Shown: positions 42,208-52,217, counted from the stretch's first letter. The stretch is DNA of 52,217 nt from Candidatus Eiseniibacteriota bacterium (GCA_046598045.1 JBKJJJ010000107.1:1-52217); one strand, 5' to 3'. The notes: a model not told the origin generated them from the sequence alone. Made by a program: numbers and translations.

Positions 42208-43113
42208 CTAGGCGGACAGACGGCCCCTGACCCGTTCGGGCCAGGCGCTCGACGTGGGATCCTGCGGACGCGCCCAGAGCCGCTGGGCCAGGGTTCGAAA
42301 CGCGAGCGCGGCCGGACTCTTCGGGAACGCGCACGTGACCGGTTCGCGACGGCGGATCGCCTGCCCGACCGCGGGGTCGTCGGGGATCGCGCCGAGGCTG
42401 TCGACGTTGAAGTTCAGGAAGCGCCGGGTGAGCGACGCGAGATCGTGCGCCACCTCCTCGGCCTCCTCGACCGAGGCCGCGCGATTGACCAGCAGCGAGG
42501 GCGTGACCGTGAGCCCCTGGGCGGCGAGCACCTTGATCAGGCCGTAGGCATCCGAGTACGAGGTCGGCTCGGGCGTGGTGACGATCACGAGTTCGGTCGC
42601 GGCATGCGCGAACTGCGAGGTCAGCCGCGACGCGCCCGACGCCGTGTCGAGCAGCACGAGGTCGGCATCGAGCGCGAGGCGGGACAGCTCGCGATAGAGA
42701 CCCTCGCGGCGGAAGTCGTCGAGGTCGGCGAGGTCCCGGTCGCCCGACGCCGCCGGCACCAGGCGCACGCCGGCCGGACCTTCGACCACGATCTGCTCGA
42801 GGGTCTTCTCCCCGCGCAGCACGTGGCCCAGGTCCCAGCGCGAGGACACGCCGAGCAAGAGGTCGAGGTTTGCCTGCGCGAGGTCGCCGTCGAACAGCAC
42901 GACGCGCGCGCCGAGATGCGCCAGCGCGACCGCGAGGTTCGCCGCCACCGTGCTCTTGCCCACGCCGCCCTTGCCGCTGGCGACCGCGAGGGTCCGCACG
43001 GCCGGCCGCGCGAGGCGCGCGAAATGCTCGCGCGTCTCCTGGCGCGGGGCGCTCTTCGGGGCGCTGTGGCGTCCCTTCGGAGCGGTGGGCGGAACGAGCC
43101 TGAGCTCGGACAT
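42208..43113 (-). CDS. flhG: FlhG/FleN-type MinD/ParA ATPase
   Basis: SGKGGVGKS, DGDLAQANLDLLLG, LLDT, VTTPEPTSYSDAYGLIK and IPDDPAV. Directly upstream of fliA. Confidence 0.82.
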   Translation of the reverse strand: MSELRLVPPTAPKGRHSAPKSAPRQETREHFARLARPAVRTLAVASGKGGVGKSTVAANLAVALAHLGARVVLFDGDLAQANLDLLLGVSSRWDLGHVLRGEKTLEQIVVEGPAGVRLVPAASGDRDLADLDDFRREGLYRELSRLALDADLVLLDTASGASRLTSQFAHAATELVIVTTPEPTSYSDAYGLIKVLAAQGLTVTPSLLVNRAASVEEAEEVAHDLASLTRRFLNFNVDSLGAIPDDPAVGQAIRRREPVTCAFPKSPAALAFRTLAQRLWARPQDPTSSAWPERVRGRLSA

Positions 43114-43167
43114 GGTGGCGATCTCCCGGATGCGAGCGGCCCGCAATGGACCGTCGCACAGGCATTT

Positions 43168-43183
43168 CGCAAGGCTCGTGCCA
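43168..43183 (-). promoter_or_regulatory. Sigma54 (-24/-12) promoter of the flhG-fliA operon
   Basis: TGGCACGAGCCTTGCG matches consensus TGGCAC-N5-TTGC, about 55 nt upstream of the flhG ATG. Confidence 0.85.
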
Positions 43184-43407
43184 CGGGCCCGGCCGAACAG
43201 CTCTTCCGGAAGGCGAAAGGCAAGTCTTGGAAGGACAATGCATTGCGGGATGGAGTTCAAGTGCCGCAGGGAGCAGGTTCGCGCTCTTGTCGGCCGTGTC
43301 GCTTCCGAACTGAACATGGATTTGCAGGCCGGCCGGTGATCCGGCCAGAAAATGATCGGGCCCGGGAGCGTCGCCCCCGGGCCCGGTTCGTCGCTGCGGC
43401 ATGCGGC

Positions 43408-43647
43408 CTAGTGCATGGTGTGGCGGTGCACCGTCCGGCCCATGGTCGGGCGCAGCTCGAGCACGGCCTGCACGAACTGCCAGTAGCGCTTCTCCTGGGC
43501 CTTCTCCTGCGCGAGCCGGCCGAGGCCCGCGGACTCGAGGCGGGTGCGCTCGGCCTCGACGCGGTCGACCATGCGGCGAACCTGGGACAGGCGGCGGGCA
43601 AGATCGGGCTTGGTCGTGGTGGCGGCGCGGCCGTTCGACTTGTTCAT
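43408..43647 (-). CDS. Small helical hypothetical protein, 79 aa
   Basis: Strong SD GGAGGGAG, high-GC3 codons, predicted two-helix coiled coil. Confidence 0.65.
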   Translation of the reverse strand: MNKSNGRAATTTKPDLARRLSQVRRMVDRVEAERTRLESAGLGRLAQEKAQEKRYWQFVQAVLELRPTMGRTVHRHTMH

Positions 43648-43700
43648 GGCTCCCTCCGGAAGCGTGACCGGGCACGGCGGCCCGGGCGGGGATCCTTCCC

Positions 43701-43925
43701 CTATGCGGCGCGATTGCCCGCGTCCTGTACGCGGGCGGCCAGGCGGGCGCGCGCGGAGGTCGCCGCGCGATCGACCTGGGACGAATCGAGACCGAGCGCC
43801 TGCGCGGTCTCTTCGACCGACAAGCCCTCGACGTAGAGCAACGCGAGCACCAGGCGAGAGGTCTCATCCAACGAGTCGAGCGCGCAGGCGAGCGTGCCCG
43901 TGAAATCCTGGCGGCCGATGTCCAT
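43701..43925 (-). CDS. Stand-alone sigma70 region-4 (HTH) protein, 74 aa
   Basis: ALDSLDETSRLVLALLYVEGLSVEETAQALGLDSSQV...ARARL. TGATG coupling to the upstream receiver gene. Confidence 0.75.
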   Translation of the reverse strand: MDIGRQDFTGTLACALDSLDETSRLVLALLYVEGLSVEETAQALGLDSSQVDRAATSARARLAARVQDAGNRAA

Positions 43926-44293
43926 CACGCCGCCTTGACCTTGAGTGCCGACTCGACGCTCTTGCGCAGGCGATCCATCTGGAACGGCTTGGGGAAGCTG
44001 GCGTGGACGCCCTGGTCCGCAAGCTGCTTGAGCGTGGCCTCGCTGCCGTAGGCCGTGACAACGATCACGGACGCGGGCTGCTTGCGCGCCTGGACGCGCC
44101 TGACGAGCTCGAGACCGTCCATGCGCGGCAGGCGCAGGTCGGTGATCACGAGCTCGAACGACTGGCGCTTGAGCTGCGCGAGCGCCTTCTCCGCCGAGTC
44201 GACGGCCGTGACGGCATAGCCCTCGTCGGAGAGGCCCTGTTCGAGCGCCCAGGCGGTGGCTGCGTCGTCTTCCACGATCAGGATGTTCGGCAT
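43925..44293 (-). CDS. Single-domain response regulator (receiver only)
   Basis: ILIVEDD, LVITDLRLP, VTAYG and KPF. Start placed at ATG 44293 (SD GAGGAG) because the longer start overlaps the promoter. Confidence 0.9.
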   Translation of the reverse strand: MPNILIVEDDAATAWALEQGLSDEGYAVTAVDSAEKALAQLKRQSFELVITDLRLPRMDGLELVRRVQARKQPASVIVVTAYGSEATLKQLADQGVHASFPKPFQMDRLRKSVESALKVKAA

Positions 44294-44333
44294 GGGCTCC
44301 TCGTCCGCGTTCGGCTTCATTGCAGACGTGTTG

Positions 44334-44349
44334 AGCACCTTCCATGCCA
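44334..44349 (-). promoter_or_regulatory. Sigma54 (-24/-12) promoter
   Basis: TGGCATGGAAGGTGCT has GG-N10-GC spacing and the same GTGC -12 variant as the promoter at 590-605. Confidence 0.72.
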
Positions 44350-44520
44350 GCGTGCGCGGACCGGGGCCCGTGGGGCGTCCACGCAGGCGCCGTGGCGCAG
44401 GCCCCGGGGTGGAGCCAACGCGCTGCGGGCACGCCAGATCAGGTTTTCGTGCGCGCGGGGCCCCGGGGCGCGGGGACGGCCGGCGCGTGCGGAATGCCCG
44501 ATGGAAAGAGGGACGGCGAA

Positions 44521-44548
44521 GGGCGCCCCGCGTGTTCGCGAGGCGCCC
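44521..44548 (-). terminator. GC hairpin downstream of the second sigma54 activator
   Basis: GGGCGCCTCGCG-aaca-CGCGGGGCGCCC with only a short TT tail. Confidence 0.4.
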
Positions 44549-44605
44549 CGGGTTGGAATCCGACTGCAGGCTGGCCGCCGTGGACAGATTCGGCGCAGCG
44601 CGCGG

Positions 44606-46049
<1,444 letters not shown>

Positions 46050-46078
<29 letters not shown>

Positions 46079-47297
46079 TGCGTTTCTCCATGGGCAATTC
46101 GACGATCACGGTGGTCCCTTTGCCCTCGCGGCTGGCGATCGAGATCACCCCGCCGTGTTCCTGCAGGATGGATTGGGAGATCGAGAGCCCGAGCCCGGTG
46201 CCGGACGCCTTCGTGGTGAAGAATGGATCGAACAGCCGCGCCACGATCTCGCGCGGGATGCCCACGCCGCTGTCGATCAGCCGGAGGCGCGCCACGCGGC
46301 GCGTCGCGGGTCCCGCGGGCGCGGCCGGCGCGGCGCGGCGGTCGCCGAGCGCCTGGGCGTCGGCTTCGCGGCGACCGGGCGAGCGCGGGATCGGCCGCTC
46401 GCGGCGTGTCGCCACGCCAAGCTCGATGGTGAGTGCGCCCCCTGAGGCCATCGCCTGCTCGGCGTTGACCACGAGGTTGAGCAGCACCTGCTCGATCAGC
46501 CCGGGATCGAAGTAGAGCGCGGGCATGCGCGCGGAGAGGCGCGTCTCGACCGTGATCTTGAGGTCGGCGAGGCGCTCGGCCTCGAGCGTCAGGATCCGCG
46601 CGACGACGTCCTCGAGCCGCGCCAGGCGGAGCTTGGGCTCGGGCGGACGCGCGAACTTGAGCAGGCTCGTGATGATGCGGTCGAGGCGATCGACCTGGTC
46701 GATGATCACGCGGCAGAACTTCTGGCGGTCGTCCCGGGGCTCGAAGCGGGTCAGCAACACCTGGGCCGACGACGAGATGCCGGCGAGCGGGTTGCGGATC
46801 TCGTGCGCCACGCCGGCGGCGAGTTCGCCGACGGTGGCCAGGCGCTCACGCATGCGCAGCTCGCGCTGGAGGCGCTGCGCCTGCGTCAGGTCCCGCACCA
46901 CCGCGCACGCGCCGCCACCGGGCAGGCGCGCCATCGTCACGCGCGCGGGCACCTCGCTGCCGGTGCGCGTGAGCAGGAGCGTGTCGCGGCCCGCGCCCCG
47001 CTCCACGAGCGTCTCGGCGAAGAGGTCCTCGTTCGGCACTGCGGTGCGCAGCACTTCCAGGGCCGGGCGACCGACCGCCCAGGCGGGCGTGCAACCGAGC
47101 ATGCGGCAGGCTTCGGGATTCAGGTAGCGGATGCGGCCGTCGCCGTCGGAGTACACCAGCGCGTCCGACAGCGCCTCACCGAGCGGGAGGATGCCCGCCA
47201 GTTCGCCGGGCAACGGCGCGGCGCGCAAGGCGCCCGTCGGGGACGTGCGCGGGGCGCGGACGCGTGCGGGGTCGGGTGCTCGCAGGGTGCGTGCCAT
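46050..47297 (-). CDS. Cytoplasmic PAS-domain sensor histidine kinase
   Basis: PAS, AHEIRNPL, NAEQAM, DSGVG and GTGLGL. Arg-rich insertion in the ATPase domain. Confidence 0.93.
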
Positions 47298-47305
47298 GGA
47301 GCAGC

Positions 47306-47334
47306 ACTATAGAACCCCGCACCACGGGCAGCAA
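47306..47334 (-). promoter_or_regulatory. Sigma70-type promoter, near-leaderless transcript
   Basis: TTGCTG-N17-TATAGT, 8 nt before the kinase ATG; no SD. Confidence 0.55.
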
Positions 47335-47363
47335 GGCCGGGCGGCCGCGGGCGGCCGCGTCGT

Positions 47364-47540
47364 TCAGCTCAGGGCGAGTTCGTGGAGGAGCGCTTCGACC
47401 AGCGCGCGGGTGACGTCGGCGCGGTCGTAGTAGCCGAGGCGCACGCGTTCACGCGCGCGCTCGACCATGGCCCCGCGCACGCGCTCGAGTTCCGCGCGGC
47501 CGGGGACCGGGGCGTTTGCTGGCTTGAGGATGACGGGCAT
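47364..47540 (-). CDS. Minimal FlgM-like anti-sigma28 factor, 58 aa
   Basis: C-terminal VERARERVRLGYYDRADVTRALVEALL resembles the FlgM sigma-binding motif (V..lk..I..G.Y....iA..l). Located next to csrA and near fliA. Confidence 0.5.
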   Translation of the reverse strand: MPVILKPANAPVPGRAELERVRGAMVERARERVRLGYYDRADVTRALVEALLHELALS

Positions 47541-47577
47541 GGCGATCACTTCCGCGCCGGGCCCGTGGGCGCGGCGA

Positions 47578-47847
47578 TCAGGACTGGGACGGTCCTTTGC
47601 GTTCGCGGGGCTCGTCGGGGTGGAACGTGAGATCCCGGGCGGCATCGCGCAGCGCGTCGGGCGAGGAGGCGGCGGCCCTGCGATTTTCTGCCTGGATGCG
47701 CGCATAGATCTCCTCGCGGTGAACCTTGATCTCGGGCGGAGCGTCGATCCCGAGCTTGACCTGCCCGGATCGCACCTCGAGGACCGTGATCTTGATCACG
47801 TCCCCGATTCGGATGTTCTCGCCCAACTTCCGTGTCAGGACCAACAT
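47578..47847 (-). CDS. csrA: Carbon storage regulator CsrA (long, FliW-associated type)
   Basis: [16 protein letters not shown]...[35 protein letters not shown]. Confidence 0.96.
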   Translation of the reverse strand: MLVLTRKLGENIRIGDVIKITVLEVRSGQVKLGIDAPPEIKVHREEIYARIQAENRRAAASSPDALRDAARDLTFHPDEPRERKGPSQS

Positions 47848-47899
47848 GGATGACCTCCCTGGTCGGGGGCCGCGCCTTTGGCGTCGCCCTTCGCCCGGG

Positions 47900-47927
47900 T
47901 TTTCGGCAGGCCCGGCTCCTGCCTTGA
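47900..47927 (-). promoter_or_regulatory. Sigma28-type promoter of csrA-flgM-like
   Basis: TCAAG-N15-GCCGAAAA (spacer one nt longer than consensus). Confidence 0.55.
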
Positions 47928-47944
47928 GCGGAACTTCCGCGCGC

Positions 47945-47973
47945 TTGACAGCCCGCGCCTTGCAGTCCAACCT
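47945..47973 (+). promoter_or_regulatory. Sigma70-type promoter (divergent)
   Basis: TTGACA-N17-CAACCT upstream of the phosphatase gene. Confidence 0.45.
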
Positions 47974-48018
47974 GTGTCCCGTGCCCCCGCACGGGCCTCC
48001 AGCGACCAAGGGGATTCC

Positions 48019-50241
48019 ATGTCCCGGTATCGCCGGTGGCTGGTGTGGGGGTACGCATTTTGGACCGCGGCCGTGGTCGGCCTCGGCGCCGCCGGGCTCC
48101 CCGTCCGCGGCTCCTACGGCTGGCGACTGCGCGGCGATCACGTCATGATCGTCGACCCGTCCGGGCCCGCGGCGCAAGCCGGCATTCTCCCGGGCGACCG
48201 GGTCCAAGGCGGCGTTCCCGCCCTCCCCCTGCTCGACGCCTCAACCGAAGTACGGATCGAGCGCGCTCATCGGACGTATCCGCTTCACCTCGTCGCCGCT
48301 CCCCTGACCCCCGACGAGCGTTCGCGCGCCTTGCTCATGCTCGCGCTCGCCGGCGCGTTCATCGTCGTCGCCGGCTCGGTGTGGGTCATGCGTGCCGACG
48401 CGCTGGTGTTCGCGTTCGTGCTGTTCGCGTTTTCCGCTGCGCTCGTGCTCGCCCCCCGGCCGGTCGCTCCCGAGTGGCTGGTGGCGCACGGCACGCTCGG
48501 TCCGCTCGCGCTCGACATCGCCAGCACCGGCGCGACGCTGCTCCTCCCCGCCGCGCTGGTCGATTTCTTCGCGCGCTTCCCCGAGGGACGGCCCGGCCGC
48601 ACCACGCGCCGCCTGGTCGCGCTCGGTTACGCACTGGGCGCGGCGCTCTTCCTGGTGGCGGCGCTGGCCGCGGCGTTCGGCGCACTCTCGGAGTCGGCGA
48701 GCCCCGCCCTGGCGTTCCTCTCGGGTGGAGCGTTCGACGCGCTGCTCTCCCTGTTCTTCGCCGGGGCCGTGGTGGCTGCCGTGATCGCGTTCGTCGGCAG
48801 CGCGCGGCGGGCGCCGGCGCAGCATCGCTCGCGCCTGACCACGCTGGTCTGGGCGGTCGTGCTCGGCCTGGTTCCGCTCGCCGCGCTCACGGTGCTCAAG
48901 AACGTCGCGCCCGCGCTGCACGTGCCGGGCGAGCGCTGGGTGGCGTGGACGCTCCTCCTGGTGCCGCTCGGGTTCGGCTACGCCACGATCGTGCACAAGG
49001 TGTTCGACGTCGGCGTCTCGGCCGCCCCGCCGTCCCCGGCACCCGAGTTCGGCTTCCGCCCGGGGGCGTTCCAACCGCTCGCCGCCGTGCTCGACGAGGC
49101 CGCGAGCGCGCTCACCGCGCACCTCGGGCTCGAGCATTGCGCGGTGTTCGCGCTCGAGGGCGGCGGCACCGCCGCGCTGTCGGCGATGCACGGCCGCGCC
49201 CCGGGCACACACGGCGGCGCCACGCTGCTGACGCGCCTGCCCGCGCCGATCGTCGAGGCGGTGGCGCGCGGCCGCGCGCCGCTCGCACTCGACGAACTGC
49301 ACCAGGACCCGCGCGACTTGGGACGACTTGCCGACGCGGGAACGTCGCTTCTGCTGCCGCTGTACTCGGGGGAGCGCTGCCAGGCGATCCTCGCGCTCGG
49401 CCCAAGGCTCTCGGGCCCGTGGTTCGATCCCGAGGAACGCGCGCGCCTGGGAGAGTTCGCCTCGCGCGCGTCGGTCGCGGTCGAGAACGCCGAGTTGCAC
49501 GACCGCCTGCTCGAGCGCGCGGCACTCGAGCGGGACGTCGTGCTCGCCCGCCGGATCCAGGACCGCCTGCTGCCATTCGAGGCCCCGGTATTCCCCACGG
49601 TCGACCTCGCCGCCGCGACGCGGCCCGCGCAGGAGATCGGCGGGGACTATTACGACTACCTGGCGATGGGGCGCCGCACGCTCGGGATCGCGCTCGCGGA
49701 CGTCTGCGGCAAGGGATTGCCGGCGGCGCTCCTCCTCGCCTCGGCGCAGGCGCACCTGCGCGCGCGCGCCGAAGAGACCGCCTCCCCGGGAGCGTTGCTC
49801 GCGCGCCTGAACGAGGAGCTGGTGCTGCTGCGCCAGCCCGAGAAGTTCGTGTGCCTCGCATTCGCGCGGCTCGACGCCCAGCGCCGCACGCTGACATGGG
49901 CGAACGCGGGTCTCAATCCACCGCTCATCGTCTCGCCGGACGGCGCCGTGCACGAGCTCGAGCACGGCGGCCTGATCCTCGGCGTGGCCGAGGGGCAGCA
50001 GTACGACGACCTCGAGACGCGCTGTCCGCGCGGCAGCGTGGTCGCGTTCTACACCGACGGCGTGACCGACAGCCTGCGCGGCGACGACCCATTCGGCGTC
50101 GAGCGCCTGGCCGAGTCCCTGTCCCGCCACCGGCACCTGCGGGCCGCCCGCCTGGTCGACCGCGTGCTCGACGAAAGCACCGCCTGGCACCGCGACGGTC
50201 CCGCCGACGACCGGACGCTGTCCATCGTCAAGTTCCTCTAG
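48019..50241 (+). CDS. Membrane PP2C/SpoIIE (RsbU-like) phosphatase with PDZ-like, multi-TM and GAF regions
   Basis: [14 protein letters not shown] (PDZ-like), several TM helices, GAF, then [25 protein letters not shown] and DDRT. Confidence 0.9.
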   Translation: MSRYRRWLVWGYAFWTAAVVGLGAAGLPVRGSYGWRLRGDHVMIVDPSGPAAQAGILPGDRVQGGVPALPLLDASTEVRIERAHRTYPLHLVAAPLTPDERSRALLMLALAGAFIVVAGSVWVMRADALVFAFVLFAFSAALVLAPRPVAPEWLVAHGTLGPLALDIASTGATLLLPAALVDFFARFPEGRPGRTTRRLVALGYALGAALFLVAALAAAFGALSESASPALAFLSGGAFDALLSLFFAGAVVAAVIAFVGSARRAPAQHRSRLTTLVWAVVLGLVPLAALTVLKNVAPALHVPGERWVAWTLLLVPLGFGYATIVHKVFDVGVSAAPPSPAPEFGFRPGAFQPLAAVLDEAASALTAHLGLEHCAVFALEGGGTAALSAMHGRAPGTHGGATLLTRLPAPIVEAVARGRAPLALDELHQDPRDLGRLADAGTSLLLPLYSGERCQAILALGPRLSGPWFDPEERARLGEFASRASVAVENAELHDRLLERAALERDVVLARRIQDRLLPFEAPVFPTVDLAAATRPAQEIGGDYYDYLAMGRRTLGIALADVCGKGLPAALLLASAQAHLRARAEETASPGALLARLNEELVLLRQPEKFVCLAFARLDAQRRTLTWANAGLNPPLIVSPDGAVHELEHGGLILGVAEGQQYDDLETRCPRGSVVAFYTDGVTDSLRGDDPFGVERLAESLSRHRHLRAARLVDRVLDESTAWHRDGPADDRTLSIVKFL

Positions 50242-50296
50242 GACAATGACTCACAGCGCTTGTTGCAAGCGACTTCGAGGCCGAGTGCAAAACGCC

Positions 50297-50323
50297 TCAA
50301 GCTTTCAGGGAAACCGCCGATAC
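50297..50323 (+). promoter_or_regulatory. Sigma28 (FliA) promoter
   Basis: TCAAG-N14-GCCGATAC, i.e. TCAA-N15-GCCGATA, a near-consensus match. Confidence 0.75.
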
Positions 50324-50379
50324 CAAGCGTGGAGCGGGAGAAACGCTTCCGCGCCCTGCGTCTCTGTCGGAGGAATGGG

Positions 50380-50442
50380 ATGATGGACCATCTCATGGAC
50401 TTCGCCTTCAGCTGGCCGGACCTCTTCTGGTGGCTCCGCTAG
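50380..50442 (+). CDS. 20-aa aromatic-rich micropeptide MMDHLMDFAFSWPDLFWWLR
   Basis: SD GGAGG at 50369-50373, 6 nt before ATG; mostly GC-ending codons. Confidence 0.4.
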   Translation: MMDHLMDFAFSWPDLFWWLR

Positions 50443-50498
50443 CCTGGGACGAACGGCGTTCCGCCCTCCTCGCTTCGAGTGACGGAACGGAAGATTGA

Positions 50499-50533
50499 GG
50501 GGAGTCGCGACGCGATCGCGGCTCCCCTTCTTG
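50499..50533 (+). terminator. Intrinsic terminator
   Basis: GGGGAGTCGCGA-cgcga-TCGCGGCTCCCC followed by TTCTT. Confidence 0.7.
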
Positions 50534-50599
50534 ATTGACGGCCAAGGGTGCGCCGGGCCAGACTGCTCGCCCGATCGAGTTTTCCTCCCCGGAGACGCG

Positions 50600-52217
50600 A
50601 TGGCCCCGCTCGCCACGCTCCTGCCCACACTCCTGCTCATCGCCGTTCCTGCCGATTCGCTGTCGGCCGTGGCCTCCGACTCCGCGCGCGCGCACACGCC
50701 GCGCGTGATCCGCCAGTTCGAGCAGGTGCTCGTGCGGGCGAGCCCTTACGACCCGCGCTCGACCCAGACCACCCAGGCGGTCACCGCGCTGCAACTCGAG
50801 GGGCTCCCGATCGAGGACTTGAAGGGCGCGTTCGCCGCGCGCGCGGGCGTCGTGCTCCAGGGCGGGGACCTGCACGTGCGCGGCGGCCGCGCCGGCGAGG
50901 TCCTGACCGAGTTCGAGGGACTGGGGCTCAATGACGCGTTGCGCGACATGGCGTTCCCGGTCCCGATCCTCGCGCTCGACGGCGCCGAACTGATCAACGG
51001 CGGCCTCGAGGCCGACCACGCCGGCGCGCTCGCGGGCGCGCTCGTGCTGCGCACCCTAAGGCCCCCGCCCCGGCTCCATGGTGTGCTCGAGTGGCAGAGC
51101 GACGGCACGCGCTTCACGCGTTACGACCGCGTCGCGGGCCGCGTCGGCGCACCGCTCGCGGGGAGCGGCTACGGCATCGTCGGCACGGCCGAGGCGCAAC
51201 TCGACGACACCAACCTGCCGGCAGGGCGCTCGCAGGGCCGCCGTCCGATCCTCGGGATTGGCGCGTTCGGATGGAGAGCCGACAACCGCCTGCGCGCCCA
51301 CGCGCGGCTCGCCCCGGTCGAGGGCAACGATGGGCTCCGCCTCGACGCGTTCGCCGCGCGCACGGTCGAGCAACCCTTCAACCCGATGTTCGCGCTCGAT
51401 GGCTGGACCACGCTCTGCGCCGATCCCGAGAGCTGTCTTTATGGGCCGGCGTACTCGCCCGATTCGCTCGCGGGGTACCAACGCTGGAAGGGGCCCGACC
51501 ACGTCGCGATGACCGACGACCGCCGACTCGCGCTGGTCGCCGCGTGGAGCGCTCGCCGCGGAGCGCTGATCGCGCGCGCATCGGCCGGGCTCGTGCGCGC
51601 CGACCGCTTGACCTCGGTCGGACTCCGCGCCGACGCGGGCCGGGTGACCGCGGCCACCCTGCCGGTGTTCGGGCTGCCGGGCGTACCGTTCAGCGACCCG
51701 TTCCATGTCTACCGGGGCGACGAGCCGATCTTCCGCTCGAGCCGCGCCGACCGCTGGGCCGCGCGCGTCGAACTCGAGCACGGGGCACGCCACGGCGGCT
51801 TCACCCGCGTGGGCCTGCTCGGGAGGTACGACCATGTGCGCCTCCTCGAACTCGACGGGACCGCGTTCGGCCGCGGGCTCGATTCCCTGAGGACGTACCA
51901 CGCGCATGCGCCGGGGGCCGCCGCGTGGATCCAGTCCCGCGTTGTGTTCGAGGGGCTGATCGCGAACCTCGGGGCGCGCGTCCAGTACTTCACCGCGGGG
52001 CCGCAGGCCGCCGCGCAGTCGCTCTCCGGGGGCGCCAGCCCGCCGGCGCGCGTGTCCTTCCTGCCGCGCGTGGGCGTGGCGTTCCCGGTCGGGGTGCGCG
52101 ACGCGCTGTCGTTCGCCTACACGCGCGTGGACCAGGAACCGGCCCGCGATTTCCTCTACGACAGCCGCAGGAGGATCACGAACCGCCAGCCCGCGGGCGA
52201 CCCCAAGCTCGAGCCCG
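50600..52217 (+). CDS. TonB-dependent receptor-like outer-membrane protein (3' truncated by window end)
   Basis: ATG 50600 after GGAG; signal peptide; plug-like LHVRGGRAGEV...LND...INGGLEADHAGALAGAL; later NLGARVQYF and LPRVGVAFPV barrel motifs. Not in the ORF track (no stop in window). Confidence 0.75.
   Translation, partial: MAPLATLLPTLLLIAVPADSLSAVASDSARAHTPRVIRQFEQVLVRASPYDPRSTQTTQAVTALQLEGLPIEDLKGAFAARAGVVLQGGDLHVRGGRAGEVLTEFEGLGLNDALRDMAFPVPILALDGAELINGGLEADHAGALAGALVLRTLRPPPRLHGVLEWQSDGTRFTRYDRVAGRVGAPLAGSGYGIVGTAEAQLDDTNLPAGRSQGRRPILGIGAFGWRADNRLRAHARLAPVEGNDGLRLDAFAARTVEQPFNPMFALDGWTTLCADPESCLYGPAYSPDSLAGYQRWKGPDHVAMTDDRRLALVAAWSARRGALIARASAGLVRADRLTSVGLRADAGRVTAATLPVFGLPGVPFSDPFHVYRGDEPIFRSSRADRWAARVELEHGARHGGFTRVGLLGRYDHVRLLELDGTAFGRGLDSLRTYHAHAPGAAAWIQSRVVFEGLIANLGARVQYFTAGPQAAAQSLSGGASPPARVSFLPRVGVAFPVGVRDALSFAYTRVDQEPARDFLYDSRRRITNRQPAGDPKLEP

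Larger units (their letters stand above)
50330..50533 (+). ncRNA. Candidate sigma28-dependent GGA-rich small RNA (CsrB/RsmY-like or CsrA-controlled mini-mRNA)
   Basis: Bounded by a sigma28 promoter and a terminator; 12 GGA triplets in about 200 nt, including ATGGA twice and ACGGA twice. Confidence 0.45.

Overview
Very GC-rich bacterial chromosomal window. The FlgD-Ig/T9SS-like C-terminal domain, TonB-dependent receptor and Wzi porin point to a diderm, FCB-related lineage such as Ca. Eisenbacteria; this placement is inference only. No rRNA, tRNA, transposase, integrase or CRISPR-cas was seen. Most of 3.5-37.5 kb is housekeeping: ppiD-like, tatA/tatC, folB-folK-dNK-panB-panC, dapE-dapC-dapD, coaX, birA, nadC, uvrB, valS, a galE-like gene and wzi. 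It also holds a divergent lone GroEL paralogue, a large secreted gluzincin-like protease and a non-coding array of 22-bp palindromes. The most unusual content is a signalling island (37.6-50.5 kb, with a twin module at 1-3.3 kb). It carries the regulatory skeleton of a flagellar cascade: PAS kinase + sigma54 activator, sigma54 promoter -> flhG-fliA, and sigma28-type promoter -> csrA-flgM-like. No flagellar structural, flhF, fliW or chemotaxis gene is in the window. In their place are a stand-alone sigma region-4 protein, a DHp-only protein, a degenerate GGDEF protein, a hybrid kinase, an RsbU-like phosphatase, a histone H1-like gene and a sigma28-driven GGA-rich ~200-nt transcript with a 20-codon ORF. 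All functional calls come from manual motif recognition; no database searches were run.
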